NCBI GenBank assembly: GCA_038064615.1
Contig: JBBTSR010000001.1
Coordinates: forward strand, 22,558-86,557
Length of the DNA stretch: 64,000 nucleotides
Direction of reading: 5' to 3'
Source: Patescibacteria group bacterium
GTDB lineage: Bacteria; Patescibacteriota; Microgenomatia; UBA1406; GWC2-37-13
This document shows positions 53,008-62,591 of this stretch, in pieces. A program made the translations under genes and the position numbers. The notes under the pieces are model-generated. The model searched no databases. It had not been told where the DNA came from and worked only from the letters and a program-made list of their open reading frames with translations. Numbering within the stretch: the first letter of the stretch is position 1; the number at the start of each line of letters is the position of its first letter.

Positions 53008-55145
53008 ACAGATTCAATTGGATAAAAAATATATTAATTATTTTCACAAGCTTTTTTTTATTGGCTAATTTGAGTCCTGTTTTTGCTCAAAATCTTGAAA
53101 CCACTCCTTTATTGTGTCCAGATAGTAATACTGGTAAAAGAGGAGCTTGTCCTCCTGAACTTAATAATATTTACGAACAACAAGGTAAAGGCGAACTATG
53201 CGTGAATGATGATTATAATAAATTTAAATCAGACCCCGCAAAATATCATATTTGGATAGAAGACCCTGAAGTTACCGCTCAAGGAAAGGCTAATGATAGA
53301 GCCCGTCAATTTATCTATTGGGTAACGACTCATGCGGCTATCGATAATCATCCGGTTTTGACAAAAGTATGGGGAACAGCCAGAAATTTAAGTTATTTCT
53401 TAGTCATCTTAACGGCAGCCTTACTTGGTTTAGGAATAATTATTGGTCAGCGGACTAATTTTGAAACGGGGATTAAACTTTGGCCGGCCATTACCAAAAT
53501 TTTAACCGCAATTCTCTATATTGCTTTTTCAGCTACGATCGTTATCACTGTAATTCAATTATCTGAGATAATGATGAAGTTTTTCATTGAAAATTTAGGA
53601 GGAAGTGATCTTTTTAATATTTATTTTTCTGGAGTCAGTCAAGAAAAAAATTATACGGATTTTGTTGGCTGCCGCGACTTAAATATTCGGGTTCAAGAGG
53701 CGGCTAAGACGGAAATCTTCATGCTTAAACTAACCAACGGGAGCTACTATTTTATGGGAGGAATGTTATTGTTGCGAAAAATAATTTTATGGTTTTTGCT
53801 TTTTGTTTCTCCGTTTTTGGCGATTCTTCTATCTTTTGCTTTTATAAAAAATGTTGGGATGATCTGGATTGGAGTATTTTTCCAATGGGTGTTTTACGGT
53901 CCATTATTAGCTTTATTTCTTGGAGGATTAGCTAGTATTTGGAAATATGGGATTCCTTTCGTTTTTGATTTTTCTCGGATTGATACCGCGGCCGGTTATA
54001 TCTATCCATCGGCAACAAGTATATTATATGGCGGGCCAGCACAAAAGGTTTCAGTCACAAACAATGGAAATTATGTCGATACTTTTGTCGAATATGTTAT
54101 TACCTTAATAATGCTTTGGGCCGTGACAATCTTTCCCTGGTTTTTACTTAGAATCTTTAGAGATTATTGTTGTGAAGGAATTAATGCTATGAAAAATATG
54201 ATGTTGGCTAATTTAAATCCTGGGCATCCAGGCGGACCTTCACCTTCTCCAACCCCAATTCCAGCTAATATTAACTCTAATGTAGGGGTAGAGATGAAAA
54301 TCCCAAGGGAAATAGGAGCAACGGTTAAAACAAGAATAGAAACAATAGAGGAAATAAAAAAAGCAAAAACTGAAGATATTAGTAGATCTCTTAATATTAA
54401 AGCGAGTAATATCACCGATATTGCCCATTTTGAAACCAACAAAACCCTTAATGAAACTACTAATAAAAATATTAATTATTTAAAAAATCCAATCCAGGCT
54501 TCAACTCCGGCGGAAAGACAAAAATATATGAATATTAGAAGCGAGCTTTCCAGTCGGGCCTCAAAAGCTGACCCGATTGCTAATCGATTTATAAAATCAT
54601 TTATTGTTTCTAAAATTAACATTGCTGAAAAAGAGAGCATAATAAAAACATTACCAAAGCCTACCGAAATTTTGACTTCCGATACGAAAAAAAATATTGA
54701 GGAAATAATCGCCGTTTCCCCGGCAGTGACATTGGATGAGTATGAGCAAGTAAAAAAAATGTGGATCAATGCTTATGAAAAGGGAGAAATTCCAAAGACA
54801 GAGAATCTTCGCTCCCGTAGTGAATGGGTGGAATATGACATTGTTTTGATTACTAATACACTAAATAAATTGTTATCAGATGATAAGGTACTAAAGGCTC
54901 AGGCCCTTGACGAAATTGGTTTTATTTTACCGATATTTTTGGTTAATAACCTTTCCGGTGATCAGTTAGTCACCTATCTTAAGGCAAAAATTGAGGCGGC
55001 CAGAACGGTTAAAACTCTGATAGATAGGGAAAAAGAAGTAACGGAAAAACTAAAAACTAAATCAGAGGAAACAGTTGAAGTTTTAAAACCAAAAAAGAAA
55101 GAAGCGGAGAAAACGACGGAGATGAAGGCGGAATTAAATAATTAA
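53004..55145 (+). CDS. VirB6/TrbL-like polytopic membrane protein with a Pro-rich linker and charged C-terminal domain
   Basis: 713 aa with a signal-like N-terminus and at least 6 hydrophobic segments in the central region. Start overlaps the upstream gene (ATGA). Assignment rests on architecture and context only. Confidence 0.45.
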   Translation: MNRFNWIKNILIIFTSFFLLANLSPVFAQNLETTPLLCPDSNTGKRGACPPELNNIYEQQGKGELCVNDDYNKFKSDPAKYHIWIEDPEVTAQGKANDRARQFIYWVTTHAAIDNHPVLTKVWGTARNLSYFLVILTAALLGLGIIIGQRTNFETGIKLWPAITKILTAILYIAFSATIVITVIQLSEIMMKFFIENLGGSDLFNIYFSGVSQEKNYTDFVGCRDLNIRVQEAAKTEIFMLKLTNGSYYFMGGMLLLRKIILWFLLFVSPFLAILLSFAFIKNVGMIWIGVFFQWVFYGPLLALFLGGLASIWKYGIPFVFDFSRIDTAAGYIYPSATSILYGGPAQKVSVTNNGNYVDTFVEYVITLIMLWAVTIFPWFLLRIFRDYCCEGINAMKNMMLANLNPGHPGGPSPSPTPIPANINSNVGVEMKIPREIGATVKTRIETIEEIKKAKTEDISRSLNIKASNITDIAHFETNKTLNETTNKNINYLKNPIQASTPAERQKYMNIRSELSSRASKADPIANRFIKSFIVSKINIAEKESIIKTLPKPTEILTSDTKKNIEEIIAVSPAVTLDEYEQVKKMWINAYEKGEIPKTENLRSRSEWVEYDIVLITNTLNKLLSDDKVLKAQALDEIGFILPIFLVNNLSGDQLVTYLKAKIEAARTVKTLIDREKEVTEKLKTKSEETVEVLKPKKKEAEKTTEMKAELNN

Positions 55146-56231
55146 TAATTTTTTATCAAACTTCGTTAGAACCTCAATTTTTTTATTCTCTTTTATCAAA
55201 ACCGTATCCTCAATCCTCATCCCCCATTTATCATTAAAATAAACTCCGGGTTCGATTGTTACTACTTGATTAGGCAATAAAACATCAGTTGAAGTAAAGG
55301 AAATTTTTGGGAACTCGTGAATTTGTAGGCCAACACCATGACCGGTGGAATGTGAGTAAGTTAATTGTTGACGACAAAATTGATCAATTTGTTTGCCCAT
55401 ACAACCTCGTAGGTTGGATGAGGCTAAATATTGCAAAGTTTTAGTTTGAGATTCAAAAAGTTTGTTATAAGTATTAATTATTTCATCGGTCGGTTTACCA
55501 ACAAAAATCATTCTTGTCATATCTGAGTGATAATCCTGATATTTGGCGCCAAAGTCAATTAAGATGATTGAGTTTTCTTTAACTTTTTCATTATTCCCGT
55601 TTCTAGTGTCATAATGTGGTACGGCGGAATTTTTGTCGATCGCAACAATCGGATAAAAAGATAAATCCTGTTTTTTTTCTTTTAACCAAAATTCTATTTT
55701 GAAAGCAATTTCTTTTTCTGTTCTTCCCACTTCGATTAATTGAAGTATATCTTTTAGGCATTGGTCGGCAATTTGACAGGCGGTTCTTATATTATTTATT
55801 TCTTCCGTGTCTTTTATCTCGCGAATTTTAATAATTAATTTTTCCAAAGAAACAAATTCAACTTTTTTTAAATAATCTTTGATTCTTTGCAGTTCATTAA
55901 CTTTCAAATCATCTCCCTCAAATCCCAACCGTTGAATTTTTTCCTCAACAACAATTTTCTGCAAATGTTTGGTTAAACCTTTCTCCGGCGTTATTAGTTT
56001 TAAAATTAAAAATTTATTATCTACAGCGTATCTACTATCAGTAAATAAATAGACATTTTGTTTTGTCACCAGTCCCCATGCTTCCCTCTCGTCCGCAGTC
56101 AGCGTCTTAAACCCGGTCAGATAAAGGATGTTGTAATAATTTGAAATCAAAAAACCGTTCAAATTTTTTTCTTTTAAAATTTTTCTGAGTTTCTCTATAC
56201 GTTGATTTAACATAGGTATTAATTTTAACAT
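55134..56231 (-). CDS. Xaa-Pro aminopeptidase/dipeptidase (M24B)
   Basis: 365 aa. Metal ligands in ...IDFGAKYQDYHSDMTR..., ...HSTGHGVGLQIHE... and ...VTIEPG...RIED.... Confidence 0.85.
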   Translation of the reverse strand: MLKLIPMLNQRIEKLRKILKEKNLNGFLISNYYNILYLTGFKTLTADEREAWGLVTKQNVYLFTDSRYAVDNKFLILKLITPEKGLTKHLQKIVVEEKIQRLGFEGDDLKVNELQRIKDYLKKVEFVSLEKLIIKIREIKDTEEINNIRTACQIADQCLKDILQLIEVGRTEKEIAFKIEFWLKEKKQDLSFYPIVAIDKNSAVPHYDTRNGNNEKVKENSIILIDFGAKYQDYHSDMTRMIFVGKPTDEIINTYNKLFESQTKTLQYLASSNLRGCMGKQIDQFCRQQLTYSHSTGHGVGLQIHEFPKISFTSTDVLLPNQVVTIEPGVYFNDKWGMRIEDTVLIKENKKIEVLTKFDKKLLII

Positions 56232-56291
56232 ACCCCCGCATTCGCTTAGATAATAATGTTACCCAAACGAACAATTAATTTATTAATGTTT

Positions 56292-56318
56292 GTCATCCCC
56301 GTGAAGACGGGGATCCAG
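56292..56318 (+). repeat. GC-rich hairpin repeat, copy D
   Basis: Identical to copy A. The downstream ATAATTACATT is also shared. Confidence 0.75.
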
Positions 56319-56396
56319 TTGATAATTACATTAAATCTCCCTCTGGCTCCAAAAACACGCAAAAAAGATTAGGGTTTGAGCTATAATTTAGAGTTA

Positions 56397-57274
56397 ATGA
56401 ATCTTTCCAATAAACAAAAAGGCATACTCGCACTAATTGGACTCGCTTTTACTTATGCTTCTTTTGGTTTTTTTACCAGATATCTATCTGTAAGTTTTGG
56501 ATTTTTTCAACAGCTTTATCTTCGAATCTTAGCTGGTTTGATAATAGGATTTTTGATATTTGGGACGAGCTTTGATTTTCAAAAACTGAAAAAGATTACC
56601 CGAACAGAATGGTTACTTCTGATATTCAGAGCTGCTGCCTATTATTTATTAGGAGCAGCTTTGTTTAATAAAGCAGTTTTGTTAACGAAAATATAAGTAC
56701 AGTTGCATTTATTGGTTCACTTCCCATGACGGCAGTACTTGGGTTTTTAATATTAAAAGAAAAAGTAACTACAAAAAAAATATTTTTCATTACTTTATCA
56801 TTTATTGGCGTTATCATAATTTCAATAAATGATTTTTCTAATTTTTCCTTGGGACAGGGAGAAATACTTGCCTTAATGTCTGTTTTTTTTGTTTCTCTAA
56901 GCATTATTTTTAGAAAATACCAAACAAAATTACTTAATAACGTTGAAATAACTCAAATACTCTTATTTATTGCATTTATCTTCATGTTTATTACCTCTTT
57001 ATTTATGAAAGAAGGGTTGCCAATCAACAATTGGAATTGGAATGGATTCTTTATTGTTTCAATAGCAGGATTGGCAAATGTATTGATGATATTTTTTACC
57101 AACTATGGATTTGAACATATAAAAACCTCAATTGCGGCAAATATTTTAACTCTAGAAATGTTTTTTGCCGTGTTGATAGGTTTAATGTTTTATCGTGAAA
57201 TTCCAAATTTAAAAGAAATATTCGGCGGAATTTTAATTTTATTCAGCGTAATTCAGATGAATAAGTTAGAATAA
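56397..57274 (+). pseudogene. EamA/DMT-family transporter split by a 1-nt frameshift in a T4 run (56677-56680)
   Basis: ORFs 56376-56696 and 56726-57274 are the two halves. The downstream frame is already open from 56672 and reads ...FVNENISTVAFIGSLPMTAVLGFLILKEKV. One extra T would join them. Confidence 0.7.
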
Positions 57275-57278
57275 GAAT

Positions 57279-58691
57279 ATGCTCAGAAGACTGGTGATTT
57301 TCATGGCAATTTTGGTTATTGCTATTCCTATTCTGTTTTATTCCTTTCAATATTTTTCCCGTGCAGCCTCGGTAAAAGCCAATATTGTCATTGATACAAA
57401 TAAAACCTCCGGGCCATTTCCTGACCGTTGGAAAGCACTGGCCCAGGGAGGAGAAGAGGCAGGAGTGAGAATGTTGACAAATGTCGTCTCCAAGGTTTCC
57501 GGACTTTATCCAAAATATATTAGACTTGACCATATCTACGATTTTTATGATGTAGTTAGTCGCAACTCATCAGGAAATCTTTCTTTTAACTTTTCCAAAC
57601 TAGATGAAACGGTCTGTGATATTTATAATACCGGAGCAAAGCCATTTTTTTCCCTTGGTTATATGCCCCCCACAATGTCAGATGATGGATCTTTAATTGG
57701 CAAGCCGAAAAATTGGAATGAATGGGCTTTTTTGGTTCAAAAAACCGTTGAACATTACAGTAGCAAAGAAACAGTTTTGCCATGCGGCGCTTTAGAAAAT
57801 TTTTGGAAAACCGATATTTATTATGAAGTCTGGAACGAACCAGATTTGGAAAGTTTTGGTAAGTGGAGATATTCAGGCGGAAAAAATTACAATGATTTGT
57901 ATTTTTATTCAGTTAAAGGGGTGAGCCAAGCGCAAAATACTTTACCTTTTAAAATTGGCGGACCGGTAACAACGGCTTTATACAAAAACTGGATTCAGAA
58001 ATTTTTAGATTTTGTGGCGGCTAATAATTTAAGAATTGATTTCCTAAGCTGGCATCATTATTCTAAAAAAACCGATAACTACACTAAGGACATCATTAAT
58101 TTAAATAAATGGTTAGGAGAAAATCCAGAATATGACCGATACGAAAATTTGCCTAAAATAATTTCGGAATGGGGTTATGATTCAGAAAAAAATCCGATCG
58201 CCGATACTGCAGTTGGGGCTGCTCATACAATTGCTTCTTTAAGAAATCTACTAAATGCCCGATTAGAATTAGCTTTTCTTTTTGAGATTAAAGACGGAGC
58301 AACTCTTTCTTGGGGAATTTTAAACTACGATGGAAGTCCAAAACCTCGTTATAAAGCCCTAAAACTTTTAAACGACTTAGAAGGGAATCAATTAATAGTT
58401 GAGGGAGAAGGAAGTAATGTCAGCGCCATTGCCAGTAAAACAAAAGAAGATAAAATTACCTTAATTCTAACCAATTATGATGAGTCGGGCCGGAACTATG
58501 AAGCCGTTCCAGTAGTCTTCAAAAATTTAGATGGAGATAATTATAAACTGACAAAAAAATATTTAGATGGCCGGTCAGAGGTATCATTAAATCTTAAACC
58601 AGTAAACGGCGAACTAAAATTCAATGGAGAAAAATCTATTATTATGCCAGCCAATACGATCGTCGAGCTGGAGTTGGTTAAAATAGAATGA
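57279..58691 (+). CDS. membrane-anchored glycoside hydrolase, GH39-like (clan GH-A)
   Basis: 470 aa. Acid/base-like block YYEVWNEPDLESF and nucleophile-like block IISEWGYD. Confidence 0.65.
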   Translation: MLRRLVIFMAILVIAIPILFYSFQYFSRAASVKANIVIDTNKTSGPFPDRWKALAQGGEEAGVRMLTNVVSKVSGLYPKYIRLDHIYDFYDVVSRNSSGNLSFNFSKLDETVCDIYNTGAKPFFSLGYMPPTMSDDGSLIGKPKNWNEWAFLVQKTVEHYSSKETVLPCGALENFWKTDIYYEVWNEPDLESFGKWRYSGGKNYNDLYFYSVKGVSQAQNTLPFKIGGPVTTALYKNWIQKFLDFVAANNLRIDFLSWHHYSKKTDNYTKDIINLNKWLGENPEYDRYENLPKIISEWGYDSEKNPIADTAVGAAHTIASLRNLLNARLELAFLFEIKDGATLSWGILNYDGSPKPRYKALKLLNDLEGNQLIVEGEGSNVSAIASKTKEDKITLILTNYDESGRNYEAVPVVFKNLDGDNYKLTKKYLDGRSEVSLNLKPVNGELKFNGEKSIIMPANTIVELELVKIE

Positions 58692-58693
58692 AT

Positions 58694-59440
58694 TTATTTC
58701 TTCTCAAAATATAAAGTCACTACTGATGTTATGGTTTGAGACCCTTGCTCAATTATTGGGCCTCCTCCGCCTCCAAGCCCTTCAGCCGATGATTTTGCAT
58801 AAATGGGAAGAACAGATCTGTCAGGTGAAGATTCAACGATATTGGTAATTTTACCCAATTTTATTCCAAGATCTTTAGCAATTTTTTGCGCCTGATCTTT
58901 AGCGTTTTTTATAGCAGCATTACGGGCTTCTTCACGGTAAAGTTCTGGTTTATCAACAACAAAACGAGATCCGCTAATTTGGTTAGCTCCAGCCGTTGTA
59001 GTAGTCTCCATTACCTGGGAAGCCAATTGTGGATTTCTAACTTTAATTTCAATAGTGACGCTTCCGTTATATCCATCGACTCTATTTTCATTATTTTCAT
59101 ATTTATAATTTGGGTTAATGGAATAATTTGAAGTTTTGATATCAGCTTTTTCAATTCCGATCCCTCTTAAAGCATCAATAATTTTATTATTAGTTTCATT
59201 AATTTTTTTTTGAGCTTCGCCAACCGATGATGCTTTATCAACTGTTATCCCTGCGTTGATATAGGCAGTATCTGGTGTAACCTCCACCTTTCCCTCTCCA
59301 ACGACAGCCAACTCAGAAGATTGGGTTGTGCTGACAATTGTCATGGGATAAGAAATATTAAAAAACTTAATGGTCAATAAACCAAGAATAGTAAATATAA
59401 CTGCCGCTAAAAAGTTTCCGGAGAAATTTTTATTTTCCAT
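58694..59440 (-). CDS. SIMPL-domain (DUF541) protein
   Basis: 248 aa with an N-terminal TM segment and ...VGEGKVEVTPDTAYINAGI..., typical of the family. Confidence 0.7.
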   Translation of the reverse strand: MENKNFSGNFLAAVIFTILGLLTIKFFNISYPMTIVSTTQSSELAVVGEGKVEVTPDTAYINAGITVDKASSVGEAQKKINETNNKIIDALRGIGIEKADIKTSNYSINPNYKYENNENRVDGYNGSVTIEIKVRNPQLASQVMETTTTAGANQISGSRFVVDKPELYREEARNAAIKNAKDQAQKIAKDLGIKLGKITNIVESSPDRSVLPIYAKSSAEGLGGGGGPIIEQGSQTITSVVTLYFEKK

Positions 59441-59446
59441 AATGTG

Positions 59447-59653
59447 TTATTTTTTCATAAAAATTGTTGGTAACGGACTACTTTTAGCAGCTTCTTTAAT
59501 TTGCATTAATCCTTCAGAAACAGTCTGATTAAGATACATAATTTTCCGGTAAAGAAAAAACTCACCGAGAAATAGAAGCAAAAAACTGCTTAAAACTACA
59601 ATCAACATTGTCATCATGTGGCCTTTGATATAGCGATTAATTTTTTGTTCCAT
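59447..59653 (-). CDS. small membrane protein
   Basis: 68 aa with one TM segment, 6 nt upstream of the SIMPL gene. Confidence 0.4.
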   Translation of the reverse strand: MEQKINRYIKGHMMTMLIVVLSSFLLLFLGEFFLYRKIMYLNQTVSEGLMQIKEAAKSSPLPTIFMKK

Positions 59654-59692
59654 AAACTTTTTAACTGATAATATATACAGTATAATAAATCT

Positions 59693-60193
59693 ATGTTAGT
59701 TTCAATAGCACTTCGTTCAGCCATCGTTTACTTGTTTGTGATACTCGCGATTAGGCTTTTTGGTAAAAAAGAACTTACTCAACTTTCCGTCGTTGATTTA
59801 GTTTTTATTTTATTAATAAGTAATTCATTACAAGCGGCCATGGTTGGGACCAACACAACTTTAGTTGGTGGATTAATCGCCGCCGTGTCATTATTTATTG
59901 TCAACTGGATTTTAAAAAATTTAATTTATAAATCGAAAAGAATAAGCGAAACGATTCAGGGAAGTCCAATAATGTTGGTCTACCAAGGTAGAATTCTTCA
60001 TAAACATTTGGAAAAAGCGCAAATATCACATGATGAATTGGAGGCGGCAATAAGAGAGCATGGAGTTAAAAATATTTCTGCCGTTGATTTGGCAATCCTT
60101 GAGGTTGACGGCAACATCAGCGTCCTTTCCAGCAACTTTTCCAGAAAAACAAAAAAAAGACGCCTCCATAAATCATTGATTGCGAGCAATTAG
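59693..60193 (+). CDS. DUF421/YetF-like membrane protein
   Basis: 166 aa. ...RLFGKKELTQLSVVDLVFILLISN... and a C-terminal soluble domain. Confidence 0.7.
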   Translation: MLVSIALRSAIVYLFVILAIRLFGKKELTQLSVVDLVFILLISNSLQAAMVGTNTTLVGGLIAAVSLFIVNWILKNLIYKSKRISETIQGSPIMLVYQGRILHKHLEKAQISHDELEAAIREHGVKNISAVDLAILEVDGNISVLSSNFSRKTKKRRLHKSLIASN

Positions 60194-60194
60194 T

Positions 60195-60605
60195 ATGAAG
60201 AAAATTATTGAGACGGTTGCCTTGATTCATATAAAGAATAAAAAGCTTCTATTAGTCCGGCCAAAATCGAAAAAGATATTTTATATGCCCGGTGGGAAGC
60301 TTGACGCAGGTGAAGATAATCTCAAGGCCTTGATACGGGAAATAAAAGAAGAAATCCGGCTAGATATTGATCCAAAGACCGTTGATTTTTATGGAGTTTT
60401 TGAAGCTCAGGCTTATGGTAAGGATAAAGGAGTCATGGTTCGGGTTCACTGCTATACCGCTTCTCATTCGGGTGAAGTCCAGTCAAGCTCAGAGATCGAC
60501 GAAATCGCCTATTTCTCTCACGCAGAATACGTCAAAGGTCTCGACCCCGCCCCAGCAGTTAAACTGATTCTTGATGATTTAAAAAAGAAAGGGTTGATTG
60601 AATAA
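60195..60605 (+). CDS. NUDIX hydrolase
   Basis: Nudix box GGKLDAGEDNLKALIREIKEEIRLDI. The ATG at 60195 follows the upstream stop by 1 nt. Confidence 0.8.
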   Translation: MKKIIETVALIHIKNKKLLLVRPKSKKIFYMPGGKLDAGEDNLKALIREIKEEIRLDIDPKTVDFYGVFEAQAYGKDKGVMVRVHCYTASHSGEVQSSSEIDEIAYFSHAEYVKGLDPAPAVKLILDDLKKKGLIE

Positions 60606-60733
60606 AAATTGGTGGACAAGATTACCGCTTTATTGAACCAAATTGAAGAGTATGTTTGGCGGTGGTGGTATCCACGGCTGGCTAACTTAAATCGATCCTT
60701 ATCACATGAAGGTATTTAAACAACAATTGGAGG

Positions 60734-60979
60734 TTATTTTTTTCCGTACCTTAATTTTAGCTTTTCTAATTCCCCGTTCTTTTTAATTTCGATCAAACCA
60801 ATTGCTCGGCTTTCTATTCCTGACCCAGAAAGACCCCTTATTGCGAACTCGTCTCTTTTCTTTTGGATTATTTCTTGGAATTGAGCCTCAATATCCCTTT
60901 TCATAAGCTCATACATTTTATCACTTGTTTCTTTTTTTCTTCTTAAGTCCTTTTTCTTTTTACCTGCCTCTTCCCTCAA
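60734..60979 (-). CDS. Lys/Glu-rich hypothetical ORF; its frame is open up to 61129 and may be the frameshifted C-terminal part of the upstream gene
   Basis: The track start is TTG. There is no ATG in the 150 nt of open frame upstream. A T4 run at 61123-61126 lies at the junction. Confidence 0.35.
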   Translation of the reverse strand: MREEAGKKKKDLRRKKETSDKMYELMKRDIEAQFQEIIQKKRDEFAIRGLSGSGIESRAIGLIEIKKNGELEKLKLRYGKK

Positions 60980-61119
60980 GATTTGATCAGCGGCAAAAGA
61001 GGCGCTTGAGTCTCCAAACCTATTTTGTGCTCCTTGTGATTTATTACGGTATTCTCGATCTATTGCGGCATTTTGCTCTGTAAAATCCTCATCTCCAACA
61101 ATCTCTATTCCTGAATCGG

Positions 61120-61662
61120 TTATTTTGGATTAAACAGAACGCCTATTTTCTCGGACAATTCTTTTAATTCTTCTTCTATGTCTTGTGAAAAGACTGATGG
61201 AAATGATTTTTTTATATGAGGGGATTTACCAAGTAATTCTGTTAGTTTAGAAGCGCCCCACCCTATACATTCTATCCCTGTCTCCTCCGATTTTTTCCGC
61301 AAATATATTATTACATCGGCGCTTAAGTCTTCAGGAATAACAATAATCCACCTCTCAATATTTAACTTATTTTCCTTGATGGCATTTTTGATTTTTACTA
61401 AATCTTCATTTATCTTATCAATATATTTGCTTTTAATACGATTTTTTATATCTGGAAAAAATATTTGGAATACTGTGTTTTTATCAAGACCATCAATCCC
61501 TTTATCTCCACCGGAACCTTCAATAGCCTGATAGGAAGGTAATTCTGCAGAAAATAACTGGTTACAAAAGTTTTGGAATTCCTGTTCAGAATTAAAATTA
61601 AGCCTTAATTTCATAGATAAATTATAATTCAAACTTATCCTCATGTGGCGATATCTGAACAA
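61120..61662 (-). CDS. hypothetical protein with a degenerate Mrr-like restriction-endonuclease-fold N-terminal motif
   Basis: ...EFQNFCNQLFSAELPSYQAIEGSGGDKGIDGLDKNTVFQIFFP... resembles the Mrr_cat G.GD.GIDG...Q.K block but lacks the final Lys. The start may be M at 61614. Confidence 0.45.
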   Translation of the reverse strand: MFRYRHMRISLNYNLSMKLRLNFNSEQEFQNFCNQLFSAELPSYQAIEGSGGDKGIDGLDKNTVFQIFFPDIKNRIKSKYIDKINEDLVKIKNAIKENKLNIERWIIVIPEDLSADVIIYLRKKSEETGIECIGWGASKLTELLGKSPHIKKSFPSVFSQDIEEELKELSEKIGVLFNPK

Positions 61663-61680
61663 GTATTATAATACTGATAT

Positions 61681-62574
61681 ATGGTAAATCCATTATCGTT
61701 GATTACAACTCCTATAGAATTATGTAGCAATGGCAATCCTGTTTCTGGGGGAACGGGATTTTATTATTCTTCAACTTGGGATGAAGTTACGGGCACTTTT
61801 CTTGTCACGAATTACCACGTGCTCACAGGAAATAATCCCACTCAACGAACTTCAACGCCCATAGGTGATTCAATTGTATTTTACTATCATATGGATAAAG
61901 ACGATCCGAAACCCGTCGTGGGAATTGAAATTCCTTTATTCACTAACAGTGGCAAACAAATATGGATAGATCATTCAAACTCAGTAGTAGACATAGCCTT
62001 GATCCCAATGTTTTTTTCGCTACCGGTAAAGCCAGAATGGCAAACCGTCGGTAAAAATTTTGAAGACCCTACTATTGATGTCTCTCCATCTGACCCAGTT
62101 ACTTTGATAGGTTATCCCCGTATGTATTTTGATAAAAAGAATGCCCTTCCTATTTACAAAACAGGAAGTGTTGCGAGTGAATATTCTTATGATTTTGATG
62201 GTGACCCTTGTTTTATTATTGACGTTTCGGCATTTGCTGGTAATTCTGGATCACCTGTTTTTTCAATACAAAAAAATGCCCAGATCATAACAGAACAGAT
62301 ACTTATAAAAGCTCCGGGCAGTATTGTTAAATTCCTGGGGGTTTATTCAGCAGGTATAGAAATTGTAGAATCATTCCCAATACAGCAAATCAAGAGTAAG
62401 AAAGAGGGAATAATTCTTAATCTCGATATGCAACTTGGTATTGTTTGGAAAGATTACTTAATTGAGGAAATAATAAAACAACATTCATATAAAGAGTATG
62501 AAAAAGTCGCTCAAGAATTGCTCCAAAAAAAACAATTTCATTATAAAATATCGCGCGGACTTAACCTACTTTAG
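61681..62574 (+). CDS. trypsin-like serine protease (S1/Trypsin_2-like), no signal peptide
   Basis: 297 aa. Triad candidates TNYHVL (His), VVDIALI (Asp) and AGNSGSPVF (Ser). Confidence 0.7.
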   Translation: MVNPLSLITTPIELCSNGNPVSGGTGFYYSSTWDEVTGTFLVTNYHVLTGNNPTQRTSTPIGDSIVFYYHMDKDDPKPVVGIEIPLFTNSGKQIWIDHSNSVVDIALIPMFFSLPVKPEWQTVGKNFEDPTIDVSPSDPVTLIGYPRMYFDKKNALPIYKTGSVASEYSYDFDGDPCFIIDVSAFAGNSGSPVFSIQKNAQIITEQILIKAPGSIVKFLGVYSAGIEIVESFPIQQIKSKKEGIILNLDMQLGIVWKDYLIEEIIKQHSYKEYEKVAQELLQKKQFHYKISRGLNLL

Positions 62575-62591
62575 ATTGTCACAATAGTTTG

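Noticed and set aside
34263-55145. Interpretation of the whole 34-55 kb interval as an integrated conjugative element
   Set aside because: The interval contains dnaA, dnaN, the origin and an S1-like gene. No relaxase, no catalytically intact integrase and no flanking direct repeats were seen. tRNA-Ala is oriented so that its 3' end faces away from the T4SS block.
57243-57533. 96-aa minus-strand ORF across the EamA/GH39-like junction
   Set aside because: It overlaps the 3' end of the transporter and the 5' end of the glycoside hydrolase on the opposite strand. Its translation is Cys/His-rich low complexity, so it is likely spurious.
60609-60719. tRNA-3'-end-like string TGGTGGACAAGATTACCGC as a possible attachment-site repeat of the ssrA 3' end, and a 36-codon ORF (VDKITALLNQIEEYVWRWWYPRLANLN...)
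   Set aside because: Similarity to the tmRNA 3' end (TGGAGATGGCGAGAATTGAAC) is limited to a few bases, so island borders cannot be claimed. The ORF is short, starts with a non-ATG codon and has no recognisable features.
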